Source of the DNA: Phoronis australis
Lineage: Eukaryota > Animalia > Phoronida
NCBI GenBank assembly: GCA_002633005.1
Contig: NMRA01000053.1
Span: forward strand, 124,001-188,000
Direction of reading: 5' to 3'
DNA: 64,000 bases
Shown here: in pieces, positions 11,176-23,175 of the stretch
Layout: every line of letters starts with the position of its first letter
Position numbering within the stretch: the first letter of the stretch is position 1
Made by a program: the position numbers and the translations under genes
Notes under the pieces: generated by a model
What the model was told of the DNA's origin: nothing
Seen by the model: the letters and a program-made list of their open reading frames with translations, nothing else
The model's database searches: none

Positions 11176-14100
11176 GTGGGTTCTGGTGTATCTGTAGACC
11201 ATTTAGGGCAGGAGTCAGGGGAAGCATGGAGTGACAACAATGTCATAGCAGTCATTGAACATAATTCTGACATCTGGTCTGCAAACGAGACAATTGTGAC
11301 AGTACAGAGCTGTTTTGCTAAAATGTCATAACTTAACGATGTTTTTTTACACAGAGTTTAAAGAGACATTTACGCCAATAGTTACGAGTGGTAGCAAGTC
11401 TCCGTATAGACTCTGTAAAAAAAATGTAAAGTGGGGAAATTTTAACTAAAGCAGACCCCTGACTGGCTCCTTTAATGAGGAATCCTGTACTGTCACAATG
11501 GGGAACTGGAAATTCACTAGGTGTCGCCAGCATTCAACTTCCTTACCATAATGAACACCTCCATGCTGATGAAGTGCTTTCTGCTCTAAATGCATTCAGA
11601 TGTGAAAGAAAGAGAGAGACCTNCCGACGGCGCCGTTTAAACAGTGCGACTATGTGCTGAATGGCAAGGCTGGGCAGCAGCGATGTACCAACGCCATACC
11701 CAACGATAAGGAGCGCAGGTGGGTTCTGGTGTATCTTTAGACCATTTAGGGCAGGAGTCGGGAAGCATGGAGTGACAACAATGGCATAGCAGTCATTGAA
11801 CATAATTCTGACATCTGGTCTGCAAACGAGACAATTGTGACAGTACAGAGCTGTTTTGCTAAAATGTCGTAACTTAACGATGTTTTTTTACACAGAGTTT
11901 AAAGAGACATTTACGCCAATAGTTACGAGTGGTAGCAAGTCTCCGTATAGACTCTGTAAAAAAAATGTAAAGTGGGGAAATTTTAACTAAAGCAGACCCC
12001 TGACTGGCTCCTTTAATGAGGAATCCTGTACTGTCACAATGGGGAACTGGAAATTCACTAGGTGTCGCCAGCATTCAACTTCCTTACCATAATGAACACC
12101 TCCATGCTGATGAAGTGCTTTCTGCTCTAAATGCATTCAGATGTGAAAGAAAGAGAGAGACCTTTAATATTTAGTCAGCCATTGAGAATCGCTGGGGATA
12201 GTTGGTTATTGGCCATGAGGTAGACGTGTGTGTATTTGAACTTCTGAGATTTGAATTATTACTGAATTGATCTACTTTTTACGTGGTTGAATGACTGTTT
12301 CTACTATCCGATCACATTGTAGCATGTAACATTGTCATTGTTTAAAATTCATTTGAAAATTATGCAGCTTACGGAGCCCTGGATTTTCAGTGATTCTAAG
12401 ACAAAGCTGAAGTCAGTAATGTTGGTTTCCCAAATACTAGTTTGAACACTGCTGAAACGATAAAATTAATATATAAAAAAGTTTTGTGTGTTAGAGGAGA
12501 TGTATTCTTTTATGGAATGCATCAGTGATTCTCATTTTCATTGTCAAGTCAAGTTTACCAGAGCCCCAATTTGTACTCATAGTTATTCTTAGGCAGTAAT
12601 GGCGTCTATGTTGTTTTGTTTTGACAGATTTTGCAACAGTCACATGCAGGTCATGGGTATAATTCCAAAAAAGGAGCGCAAAAACAAGGCCAAAGAAAAG
12701 ACAGCTTCATCACACGATCTGGACACAGCCACTTTCTCACTGGAATCGAGACTTCCAAGTCGCTTCAGCCTAACCCGCACAAACAGCAAGTTTGCTGCTG
12801 ACAAGGCCATAAGTGACCCAGACGACCCGTATGCATTTCCGGACACAGAGCCAGCACCTGTACAACAGTCGGCTTACAGCCCGGGTCATGCGGGTGGGGA
12901 TTTCAGCCCTGGGGTGGGCAAGGTGGACCCTGGAGGTTTTTCTGCAGCTAAACTGTTCCCAGAGCTGGCAGAGAAACTAGAGCGGGCAACCGCTGGTAAG
13001 ACTAAACTTGAGCCCAAAGTGAAGGGCGCCAAGAGCTCACGGACAATGAATCGACTGCAGACACGAATAGCGCAGAACAGGATTAAGGATAAGATGAAGC
13101 GTCAAGAAGGCTCGAGTCAAGGAACGACACCCGAGTACCAGCCTAGCACGCCTCAGACGCCGGTTTCACAACCATTTTGCGTTGACAACTCGCAGAGGTT
13201 TTACTTCGACAGTAGGGTCAAGCCCAACATGGCGGGTGGACGTTTGTGTAATGGCAGTGTGTTTCCTGGGAACAATTTTACTGGTAATGGCAGCGTGACA
13301 GGAAATCTTGCAGCTAACTCGTTCTCAAAAAGTTTACAGGCACTTGGCAGTGCCAATGGTGCTGTCGTACATCGCCAGTTATCCATTCCACGGTCACACT
13401 CGCGGCTTCGTCGACAGAACAGCATTTTGTCTGAGGCGGAGGTGAAAAAACGGTTAAAAAGGGACTCAGCAGTGGCCGTATATAGGTATCACGCCATGAA
13501 GAAGGCATACAATGCTGATTTATTAACATTTGGTAGGTTGGATAGATGTTCAATGAGGACCTCAGTATAGTCAAGTTGGATTGGGAGTGTCTGGCTGTTG
13601 ATTGTAGACTTTTAAGTTGTAAAAACCAAATGGGGACGTATTCTTTGGGGGTAAACTATCAGCATTCTTTTAAAATGCCATGGAAAATCACACGATTAGT
13701 AACCATGCTGGTTAAAGGTGCTAAAAGCTGACATCTGTAAAGCTGACATCTGTAAAACTGACATCTGATTTTAAGCCACTGTCGATTATGTTACCGGTTT
13801 TGTCATCGAGATAAGAAGTGAGTTCTGGACTTCTGAAGAATTAAAAAGATCATTGGTCATGAACGGTCGTGGTTTGAGATCTGTTTTATAACATTAAGTG
13901 GCTTGAGTGCTTAGTTTGTTAACAAACTGCAGGCTGAATACAGCTGCTACTTCTCCATAAGTGTCCTCTTCAGAGCAAAGTTGCTCAGTAAAAGTTGAAA
14001 GATTTTGAGGTTGTAGAATTTTCTAAATCTTTCGTTTGTGGTGGTCATGGTGTGTTATAAAGGAAGTAACTGAGGGCTTATGTCACAATAGTAGTGTGGG

Positions 14101-17100
14101 GCCTGTTACACCTAGATACCGTAAAATTACTACGTTTTTACCCCCAGAATCTAAACGGAGGCTTGCTTCGAAACTTATGGCTGGTCATAATCCTGAGTTT
14201 AGACTCTGTGTAAAAACGTAATGTATCAAACAGGCCTGTGCTTAGTTGCAACATTTGACGTTATTCAAGTTTTCATCATTGATGTCATGCATCAATTAAC
14301 GCAAAAGTTTATCTTAACTCAACATGGTAAATAAGTTTTTGATTTTTTATTCACTTCTTCCACAAGTTTTTGCCGCGAACATGCTCTTGTGTTGTGGCTG
14401 CTGTCTTTTTCGAAGTCTTTTGCTTTTTGCGGTATAGCTGTGAGAGTGATGAATCGTGTGTGAAGTACTGTGAATCAAAGGGGAATTAGATTTAAATTTT
14501 GCCGATTTGTGACTAAAGGAAACTGGCAGCTGAATGTGTGTGCAACTGTGGATCGTCTTCAGTTTGGTAGAAGATTTTATGTAGTAATATGAGTTTGAGG
14601 AGGAGTCTTAAGGTAATGTTGAACAGTGCCTAGTTTAAGTCATAGCCGAATTTTTATCTAATTTAATGTTGCTGGACCCAAATTTGGCAAATCACACATT
14701 TGAAATTCATATTCAACAAAAAAGTCAAGTGTTATTCATCAAAATGAGTCATGAACTTTGATCCAGGCGTACAACGCCCCCTAGCTGTGTGTCATATTCT
14801 GTAGCATTAATCATGGAAAAAATTTTATCAGTGTCTCCAGTGTTTGGAAAAAATTCAGAACTATGTAATCTTTTCTCTACTTTCAATTCCAAAGAATTCA
14901 AAACCAATCAACCTCTTCTATACATTACTCGACTAGTTTGAATTTGAATAAGAGATCGTAGATGAAATATCAGGCTCATTTCAAGTGGACGTGTCATGTT
15001 TTCATGTCTATCCTAAAACCTATGGAATGCATTACAGGTCCTGATGACTCAGAATCTGACTCGGACGAAGACCTGTTGCCATGGCAACCGGCGTGGTTTT
15101 CCGTATCATCTGATGAAGAGGACCAGGATGAGTATGTTACTGTCAGAAAGTTGCTAGATTTTAATTTTACACCGTTCAGGGGTACCATAGAATCATGCAC
15201 ACAAGCAATCGAATCATACATACGAGCCACCAAATGATAGTGTTCTTGCCTGTCATTTGACTCTTGTGTGTATGGTTTTGTGTTCATATGTATGATTTTT
15301 GTGGTTATTGCGCATGATTTTTGTTCATATATGTAATTTTTGGGTTCGTATGCATGATTCGCGGGTTCATACGAATCGTAGGTTCGTAGGTGGTTCGTGT
15401 GTAAGATCCAATGCTCGTGGGTATTATCCTGTGGTACCCTTGCCATTGCATGCTCCTTAGTGTGCTAGTGTATAGTGAGAACAGCAGTGCTGTTTTAATG
15501 TATCCTATGCTAAGTAAGCAGCAGTTGTATTCGTAGGTCATTTGTTAATAGGAAAACATCTGCAAACAGATGACCTTTTCACTAGTGACCTACCTCACGC
15601 GCTGATATAGCCCACATCGTGCGGTATTATTCCCAATGCAATGTCGCAATACTTATTGGACACGATTCAGTGATTTGCGGGAGATCATTTTCGCCACAGA
15701 TCTCGTACCTAAAAACAATGCCTACTTTCAAGTCACTTGATATTACATCGTTGCTTCGTGTTGTATTTCTAACTCATTTGGCCAAGTAATCACTGAGATA
15801 AGTACTTAGCTTGCAATTTTCACTCATGTCTTAAGGCCATTCATGACTATAGATATCAGTCCTTGATATGAAATCGGACATATCAAATTGTTCTGTGTGG
15901 TAATTTTGATTTTTTTTTCCTTTAACCCATGTTGTATGAAAAATGAAGTTTTGACCGAAACTACTTTCTGCTTAAACTCTGATCTCACCTCTTTTACTCA
16001 TATGAGAAGTGGTGTTTGACTTAAAAACAACTTTCTGTTTGTAATTGCTTGAGCCCATGTCAGCACACAACAAAGTGACCCGCCGTGTCAAGCAACTCGA
16101 CTGGTCTCTAGCAATAATGAACTGTGTGCTCTTTCCAAGCCTATAAATCACCTTTAATTTGAGTAACAGACAAGGTAAAGACCATTCATAACGTTAAGTG
16201 GTCTATATCAAAAGTGAGTTTAGCCAGATTCAAGGCATCATTTAATCACCTGAATTGTGATTGATTTTGACGTTTCGCAATTAAGTCCAGCAATGCTAAT
16301 ACTCAACAACTGTTCACGTGTCCCACTCATCAATATTCCAGCCAAGAGGAGTCGTCGCATTCATCTCGGATGGTCAATCTGTCTTTGTTGAAGACGAGGC
16401 TACGCCGCCAGTTCAGCCAGCTGCGCAAGTCTCAGCTGGCGAACGTGACTATGCGACTATACGACACTAATGCCTCACAGTCTCTGGTCAAGGCTGCTAA
16501 GGAGAGTGCAGTGTGCGCCCGTCGGGCTGTGGCCGAGATCAATAGGACAGATATCAGGAAGAGAACAAAATCTAAAAGCAAAAAGTAAGCCATTTTTTGC
16601 CAGTCAAATGCTTGCTGTACAGTACGGCCTGTTTTTAATACAAGCGTTGTTAAGGAGATATTGTGTATGCACAAACTGGGGTCTTAACTAGTGTGGCTAT
16701 TAGGTTGTCTTGTTTAGTTATCTTTAGTTGCAGATTTTGGGGTCCAACAAGCAAGTGCAATCTTATTCTTAAATACCCTTAATGATTACCTGACGGCTTC
16801 ATTGCTCCAAAATATTTCTGTGCACTTTGTCTGAAAGTTTATTTTAAAAACTCACAGAAGATTATTTTGATTTGTTTAATATGTAAGAAAGGGACTTAGG
16901 CCACCTTTCACTCACATCATAAATAAAGTTTGCTGGAAGTCACACTAGGCTTTTAATCTCACACTCTAGTCAATCACTAGCTGCCCGTTGATTGGCTGCT
17001 GCCTGACGAACTTTTAGTTGGGTTCATGTTATGCTGTGGCTCATTTCCTGCAATCTCAAAAACAATTTCTTTGTAAGTTCTGTTTTTGAACCCATTGTAA

Positions 17101-18486
17101 AACAACAACACACATAACACATAACACTGTTAATTTCATAATTCAAAAATACATTAAAACTCAGCAGTAAACGATGTGCATGCCTTTACATGTCTTTTTC
17201 TTGTTGACGTAGTTTCAAATTTCGCAGTCAAGGAATGACCTATTGAAGGTCAGGCAGCTGCCAGTCACAGGGTGACTAGCGATTGATAAGTGCCACATAG
17301 TGTTAAGATAGAGAAGCTTGGGTGACTTCTGGCAAATTTTATTGAAGGTGGAGTGAAAGGTGACGGAAATCCTTTTGTTACATATTTAAAATATGAGAGG
17401 TATTTTGTAAATAGATGGAGATAAGCTGCCGTGGTTTTAAGCATACCATAAACGGAAAAATATGTCAGCCAGATGAAATGATTCAAACAGACGATATTTG
17501 CAAAGTTGATATGAAATGCAATGTATACAGTGTTGCTATGTTGATTTTTCAGGATTAGCAAAACTTGTCTAGAACGGAGGAGCTGCCTTTATACAAAGGA
17601 GGAGGAAAACTGGTCGTGTTCCAACACCGCCTTGCCATTCACAAACCACTGTGTTAAACGTATCCTTTGTAGTCAGTCCCACAGTAGCTGTATTCAGATA
17701 TGCAGGGAGTACTTAGTCTTCTGTTAGATAACAGCGGCTGGGTTTTGCGTTTTTCTCTATGTGGTGCTTAGGAGGTGGAGTCTTCCTTTTTGATTTGCAG
17801 ACTTGAAAGTTAGCTCGCCCTGCACATTCCTTATAATTATTCTGAATGCAAAATTCTGAGTTTTGTCGGCAGATGCCGTATTGTAAAATCTTAATATGGA
17901 ACTGTATTAGATCTGTAGTGTTTCTTGCATAAGTAGTAGTTGATGGTAGTAGAGGTGTGTTCCTTGACCAACTGCCAGATATACTGTATAATGTGGATCA
18001 ACAGTTGTTCGACTACTGTACAGGAAAGTTTGGTGATTATATGCAGTGCTGTCTACCAGTATTCGACCCGCTACACGAGTACCCCGTCTGTCTGGATCAC
18101 TCGTCACAGGCGGTGAGTAGATCTTGTCTGCTTAGCCATTTTTAGAACACTTGTTCAATTAATAGTTTGCTCTTGTCTCAATTTTTTTTTTGCTACAGGC
18201 TGTATTTCTTGTCTGATTTACCTAACATCTGTTTCGTCAATTGCTTGAATTCTGTTATTGATTGAAATCTGACTTAAGATGGTGGTGTGGCAGCCATTTT
18301 GATTTTTCTCTACAGTTACACCTTTTCCTTTGATGGAGTTTTAGTGAACTTGGTCTGTGACTAGGTCTCACCAAGAGCAATGTTCCATTTTCAAGTTATT
18401 CACGATACCAATAAATCTTTTTTAAGTTATTTTTGACTGCTTTTTATTGGTTTACCATCCACTGTACAGGGATATGTTTCTTCATT

Positions 18487-18517
<31 letters not shown>

Positions 18518-21500
18518 CCACCACCACCACCGCCACCACCTCCACCACCACCACCACCACCATCATCCTTTTTTAAGACTTTGCCAAAGTGAAAAAATCA
18601 TTTTTAGGAAATAGTTATGCAGAACATAAGTTGGGCGGAATTTCTGATTTAAGTCTTTAAGTCGCTTTTCATTAAACAGACCCCTAGTCCTAAGCTTATC
18701 TTTTCCCACCAGGTGACGCTGGAGGCGCTACCTGAGACGCCGCTTAAGAGGCCGCGCAAGAAACCCAAACCCCTAGCACTGCTTCGTCCTGCCAAGAAGA
18801 AAAAGAAAAACAACCGCCGAATCCGTCCGCAGAAACCCATGCCCTCTCTTGAACCAACAGGTGACACAGGTAAATGGTCAAGATTTACTAAGAGTTGCAA
18901 ATTCGAGTCACAAAGTCACTGTGCATCAGAGAGGCACAAGAACAATTGCCATGTGGCTAAAATCTCAGTATGCTGCCAATGCACAAACACTAAAATACCC
19001 AGGGTGAAAATTCTGTGATATTAAACAAACTTCTACTTAAACTAAAATGTGGCCATCCACCAGTACTCAGGTAATTGTACATATTGACCGTTATTCAAAA
19101 TGCTGGTGAACACTGATAGCAGAAGTACCATATTTTATCATTCCTTGACAAATTCTGCATTTTGGAGTAAGTTCAAGTTCTTATATCTTCAACACCCTAA
19201 ACTGGGTTCATAACTGTTATTATTTGAGATCTGCAGCAAAGGCACTATGTATTTGTTGGTGAAGTCTTGTCTTGAAATGTGAGTTTGCCCAGTTAGGTGG
19301 AAATCCATCACAGTTCGGCATAACCCAGTTACACGAACTCATAGGATAGCTTTTGTTCGTCAAACCCATATTTTGGATAAAGTGATGTTCGTAACTTGCT
19401 TTTATTATGCGCCCACATATTTATATGTGGACGCATTATGCCGTCATCTCCGGCCGTCTGTCCGTACGGGCGGCGTCCGTCCGGCGTCCGCTGCTCTATC
19501 TCCAAAACCCTGTGACATATGTTCATGAAATTTGGCACATATGTTCCATTTATGAATGGGACGGCATGTGCGAACTTTCGGACGGATCCGACTACCGGTG
19601 TGCCTCCTAGTGGTAATTTTAGTTTTTTACGCTTACCTTTGTATCTTCAAAAGTCCTGAACGGATTTTCATGAAATTTGGTATGTAGGCACCTATTAGTG
19701 AGGTGACGCTATCCTGCCGTTTTCAGATGGATCCGACATAGTTTGCGCTACCTAGTGGCCATTTTTAGTGTTTTCGAGTCTGTTTTTGTGCGTCCACCCC
19801 TCTATCAACCAAACCGCTCAAAGAATGATTGTGAAAATTGGCATGTATATGCTTACTATGTAGAGGACGGTTGACGATGATTTTCAGACGATTTGGACTA
19901 CTGTGGCGCCTCCTAGTGGCAGTTTTGTTTTTTTGCGCCTATGGCTGTATCTCCTAAACCGTTCGCAGGATCTTTACGAAATTTAATAAGTGTATTTATA
20001 TTATGTCAAAAACAGATGATGACGACTTTTGGACGGATCCGCCAACTGGTGTTCCCCCTAGTGGCAATTTTGTTTTTTATGTTTACCTCTGTATCTTCAC
20101 AAGTCCTTAACGGATTTTCATGAAATTTGGTATGTAGGCACCTATTAGTGCGTTGACGCTATCCTCCCGTTTTCGGATGGATTCGACCTAGTTTGCGACA
20201 CCCAGTGGCCATTTTTACTGTTTTTGAGTCTGTTTTTTGGCGTCCACCCCTCTATCAACCAAACCGCTATAAGTATGATTGTGAAAATTGGCATGTATGT
20301 TCTTACTATAAAGAGGACAGTTGATGCTGAATTTCCCTTGACTTTGATTACTGTGGCGCCTCCTAGTGGCAGTTTTTTTTGCGCCCATGGCTGTATCTCC
20401 CAAACCGTTTGCAGGATCTTTACTAAATTTAGCAAGTATATTTATGTGATGTTGACAACGGACGATGACGACTTTAGGATGATTCTGACTACCGGTATGC
20501 CTCTAGTGGCAATTTTAGTATTTTACATTGACCTCTGTATTTTCATAGGTCTTCAGGTGTACACTTTGTGTTACTTCGTGACTATGAAGGAAAAGTTCCA
20601 AGTAGAAATTTGTTTCTGGCATTCTAATGCTGTGCTAATCTCGTATGTATGTAAATTTGTTTTTAATTCTATGTTTCTATGGTGCTTTAAGCAACTGATG
20701 CATAGGATGTGCTTGTATTATGAAGATCACTCACGTTTTGGCCCTAGCCTATTGAGGAGACAATGACCATGCCTTTCCATTTTGCAAAGTACAACATACT
20801 ACATATATGCCCTCTACTGGCCACTTTATGGTACCAATAAACAACTCTAGAAGGATACCGTATGCGGTGCAATTGTGGGCGCATTTCAATGCTCTGCGTT
20901 GATCTTGTTGATATTTCTGAACAGTGTTTTAGCCCTGGATATAAATGGTTTGCGCATTTCGCTATCAACATTTTGAAGGTACTCTGTTACTTATTCCAGC
21001 AATGCCTGTCACCCCCACGATGGTGTCAGCCCCTGAATCTACACTACAGTTCCCAACTAGGGATGTACACAGTGGCGTGAACACAGATGCTGAAGAAAGT
21101 GATCTCTCACCTGGTACTGTAGTACTCTTTAACTCCAAGTTTGATGTTGATTATGATCTTACTATTGTTTAATGTACACACGTGTGCTTCTAATTCTTGT
21201 CTCCTGCTCTTCAAACCAAAATTAGCACGGTGCCATTAAAACTTTTAATTCGCCAATCAAAGTGTCCAATTTTCTCTCAGGGGACAAAATGAGAGTGATA
21301 CAGGGTGTACTTGACAGCTTGTTTTGACTATATTCTGACCGTTAGTACCCCTCAGTGGCACAGAATATGGAAGATTATGAAGCGAGGACGCCATCCAGTA
21401 TTTGGACACGATAGAGAGCAAGGGTTTTCTGAAAATGGTCAACATAACGTACTTTTGTGATGACATCAGGGCGATACCAGTTAGATGGCATAATGGACCT

Positions 21501-23175
21501 GGTTCAGTTGACCTCAAAACTTCCTTGGAATGGATATTTTTTACACTTTCCGTCACGTGCAGTTCAGTTGGTTGATTTCTATGAATCCATTTCTAGGTGC
21601 AATAGATCGGTCGCTAGAGTTGCCTCTGGAGGAGGAAAAGCTGTTGGATGACCACGAGCTGAACGATGTTCTAAACAAGATACCTGCAGAAGCATTTAAT
21701 GACTTTTTCTCAGGTATGTGTTTTATCGTGTTTGTTGTGTTTTGCTGCACGAATCAGGCAGGGAAGTTTTGTTTTTGTAAAGAACCATTAAAATTCGTAC
21801 AGTATTCAAATTTGCAAAATTTTCCGCATTTATGAATAGTGAAGTTTCCAATATTTTGTGTTTTGAAATTACTTTGCCTGTGAATCCCTGAGAGTACACA
21901 AAATAAATTAACTGCTCAATTGGAAATGTGTTGAGCAGTTTTAGTGTTTAAGGCTTACATAAACTTATTTAGGTGGGATAAGGGACCGCGGGTAAATGAC
22001 CCCCCTTCACTGATCCACTGGTGGCTTTTTTAGTCTGAATTTCATGGGACAACCAGTTGAAAACAAGACGTTAGCCTATGCCTTATGCTGAAATAAAGAA
22101 GTAAAATATTTCATGTTTTGTGGAAATCGTGAAAATAATATTCTGTCAGAAAACAGGTTCCAGGCGTAAAGGAGTGTAACAACTATTGATATTCCAAAGC
22201 CTGCTGGATTCTTTAAAATTTCACTTTATTGCTTTGAATTTTGCTGCAGGCAAAAATGGAGCCAGTGATGAATTGGAGCAGGCACTCTCTGCCAACCTAT
22301 CCAAGGAGACGCTGGACGCCATGACAAAAGACGTAATGATGGATGATGGTGATGAAGGCGAGCTGCCCAAACACATTGCCGATGCCATTTTGCAGCAACA
22401 GGACGAACTGGAGACGAGTTTGCAGAACATTGCCAGCAGCTTCTCAAGCAGTGACTTCAAGGCCATCTCACAGTCGCTCAATGGACCACTGATGGGCGTG
22501 GTCGACCTGCATCACCACCACCAAGGGCAACAGCACCAGACGCAGTTTGTCACTCAAGGTAGTCTTCCAGCAAGTCAGGTGCCGTCGGTGGCACCGTATG
22601 TCACCTACACGTCTGCGCCGACTATCCAAGCACTGCTGCAGCGTCCACCAATGACTGTCGACCACCACGGCGGCCCTTTCACCAACAGTAATGTATTGCC
22701 GCCTGGCTCTCAGGCATTTGTTAACTCTGGACAGCAACAGCATCAACAGGGTAGCCTGCACATCCCGCAGCATGTGAACTCTCCCATCAACAGTCACTCA
22801 CCGACAGCAGGTGGGCATGCACCATCACCGCACGCAGCCACTGGCTCACCGTTGTCTCATCAGTCTCCACACCATCAAGTGCAATCGCCTATGGCCTCAC
22901 CACTGCCCGGCTATCAGAGACCCACGTGGCCAGCTTCCACTACCTACCAGAATGGCTACCCGGCGCCACCGCCATCCTCTGGACTCCCACCATATCCTCA
23001 GGGTAATCTCAAGTACCAGTATGCGGTGCCCGGGGCTCCCGCCGACACCGCTGGATTCTCACCCACCCCCCTGAACTCTGCCTACCCTGCTGGTACAGGT
23101 ATTGCATCATATTCAGGATATGAGGTTCGAACTCCGCTACCGCCGTATGCTGGACTACCACCAGCCAACTCATAG
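10952..23175 (+). CDS. INO80D: INO80 complex subunit D, spliced CDS (10 coding exons, 3021 nt, ~1006 aa)
   Basis: N-terminus MFQGSNVHYSPIDHKPLCSYSVKLCKQRRLNGYAFCVRHILEDPTAPFKQCDYV...RCTNAIP..ERRFCNSHMQVMGIIPKKERK matches my recollection of vertebrate INO80D (zf-C3Hc3H domain). Second C3Hc3H domain ALPFTNHCVKHILYNVDQQLFDYCTGKF..QCCLPVFD..HEYPVCLDH; basic KRPRKKPKP..KKKK tract; FFSGKNG..ELEQAL. All joins are GT-AG with matching phases. Confidence 0.95.
11081..12163 (+). repeat. ~540-bp tandem duplication joined by a single N (likely haplotype/assembly artefact)
   Basis: 11081-11622 and 11624-12163 are near-identical (a handful of SNPs and a small indel), with an n exactly at the junction (11623). 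Confidence 0.9.
12628..13532 (+). CDS. INO80D: INO80D coding exon 2
   Basis: TTTTGACAG|A TTT TGC AAC; ends TTT G|GTAGGT, phase 1; contains SDPDDPYAF and SSRTMNRLQTRIAQNRIKDK. Confidence 0.93.
15038..15131 (+). CDS. INO80D: INO80D coding exon 3 (acidic, DDSESDSDEDLLPWQPAWF)
   Basis: ATTACAG|GT ... GAT GA|GTATGT; phase 1 to 2. Confidence 0.85.
16342..16584 (+). CDS. INO80D: INO80D coding exon 4
   Basis: TTCCAG|C CAA GAG ... AAA AA|GTAAGC; phase 2 to 2; LLKTRLRRQFSQLRK. Confidence 0.88.
17553..17659 (+). CDS. INO80D: INO80D coding exon 5 (start of second zinc finger)
   Basis: TTTTTCAG|G ATT AGC...CLYTKEEENWSCSNTALPFTNHCVK C|GTATCCTTT. Confidence 0.9.
17660..17978 (+). other. U12-type (minor spliceosome) GT-AG intron
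   Basis: 5' splice site GTATCCTTTG; branch site TTCCTTGAC at 17960-17968, about 10 nt from the CAG acceptor; no polypyrimidine tract; splicing restores C|AT = His. Confidence 0.92.
17979..18112 (+). CDS. INO80D: INO80D coding exon 6
   Basis: HILYNVDQQLFDYCTGKFGDYMQCCLPVFDPLHEYPVCLDHSSQA; donor GCG|GTGAGT. Confidence 0.93.
18488..18567. repeat. Compound (CAT)n(CAC)n microsatellite, intronic
   Basis: Seen directly. Confidence 0.95.
18713..18869 (+). CDS. INO80D: INO80D coding exon 7 (basic/NLS-rich)
   Basis: TTTTCCCACCAG|GTG; KRPRKKPKPLALLRPAKKKKKNNRR; donor ACAG|GTAAAT (alternative in-phase donor after 18860). Confidence 0.9.
19401..20545 (+). mobile_element. Helentron/HINE-like element, copy 2 (in INO80D intron)
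   Basis: Starts TTATTATGCGCCCACATATTTATATGTGGACGC (inverted repeat), then a GTCTGTCCGT/CGTCCGTCCG microsatellite-like tract, then ~145-bp monomers arranged as a ~450-bp higher-order repeat; inverted homolog of 630-1665. Confidence 0.75.
20808..20823 (-). promoter_or_regulatory. CTCF-like motif TGGCCAGTAGAGGGCA
   Basis: Close match to the CTCF core consensus; binding not demonstrated. Confidence 0.4.
21000..21113 (+). CDS. INO80D: INO80D coding exon 8
   Basis: CTTATTCCAG|CA ATG CCT ... CCT G|GTACTG; phase 1-1; alternative in-frame acceptor giving a start at 20979. Confidence 0.75.
21597..21713 (+). CDS. INO80D: INO80D coding exon 9
   Basis: TTTCTAG|GT GCA; AIDRSLELPLEEEKLLDDHELNDVLNKIPAEAFNDFFS G|GTATGT. 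Confidence 0.88.
22250..23175 (+). CDS. INO80D: INO80D terminal coding exon (Q/H/P/S-rich low-complexity tail)
   Basis: TTTTGCTGCAG|GC AAA AAT GGA; open to TAG at 23175. Confidence 0.92.

Noticed and set aside
19401-20545. Regularly spaced short motifs resembling a CRISPR array
   Set aside because: The intervening sequences are themselves homologous monomers of ~145 bp, the context is eukaryotic, and there are no cas genes.
21281-21530. Extra INO80D exon after acceptor TTTTCTCTCAG at 21280
   Set aside because: Phase-1 reading reaches a stop within ~15 codons with no good donor; exons 21113 and 21597 join in frame without it.
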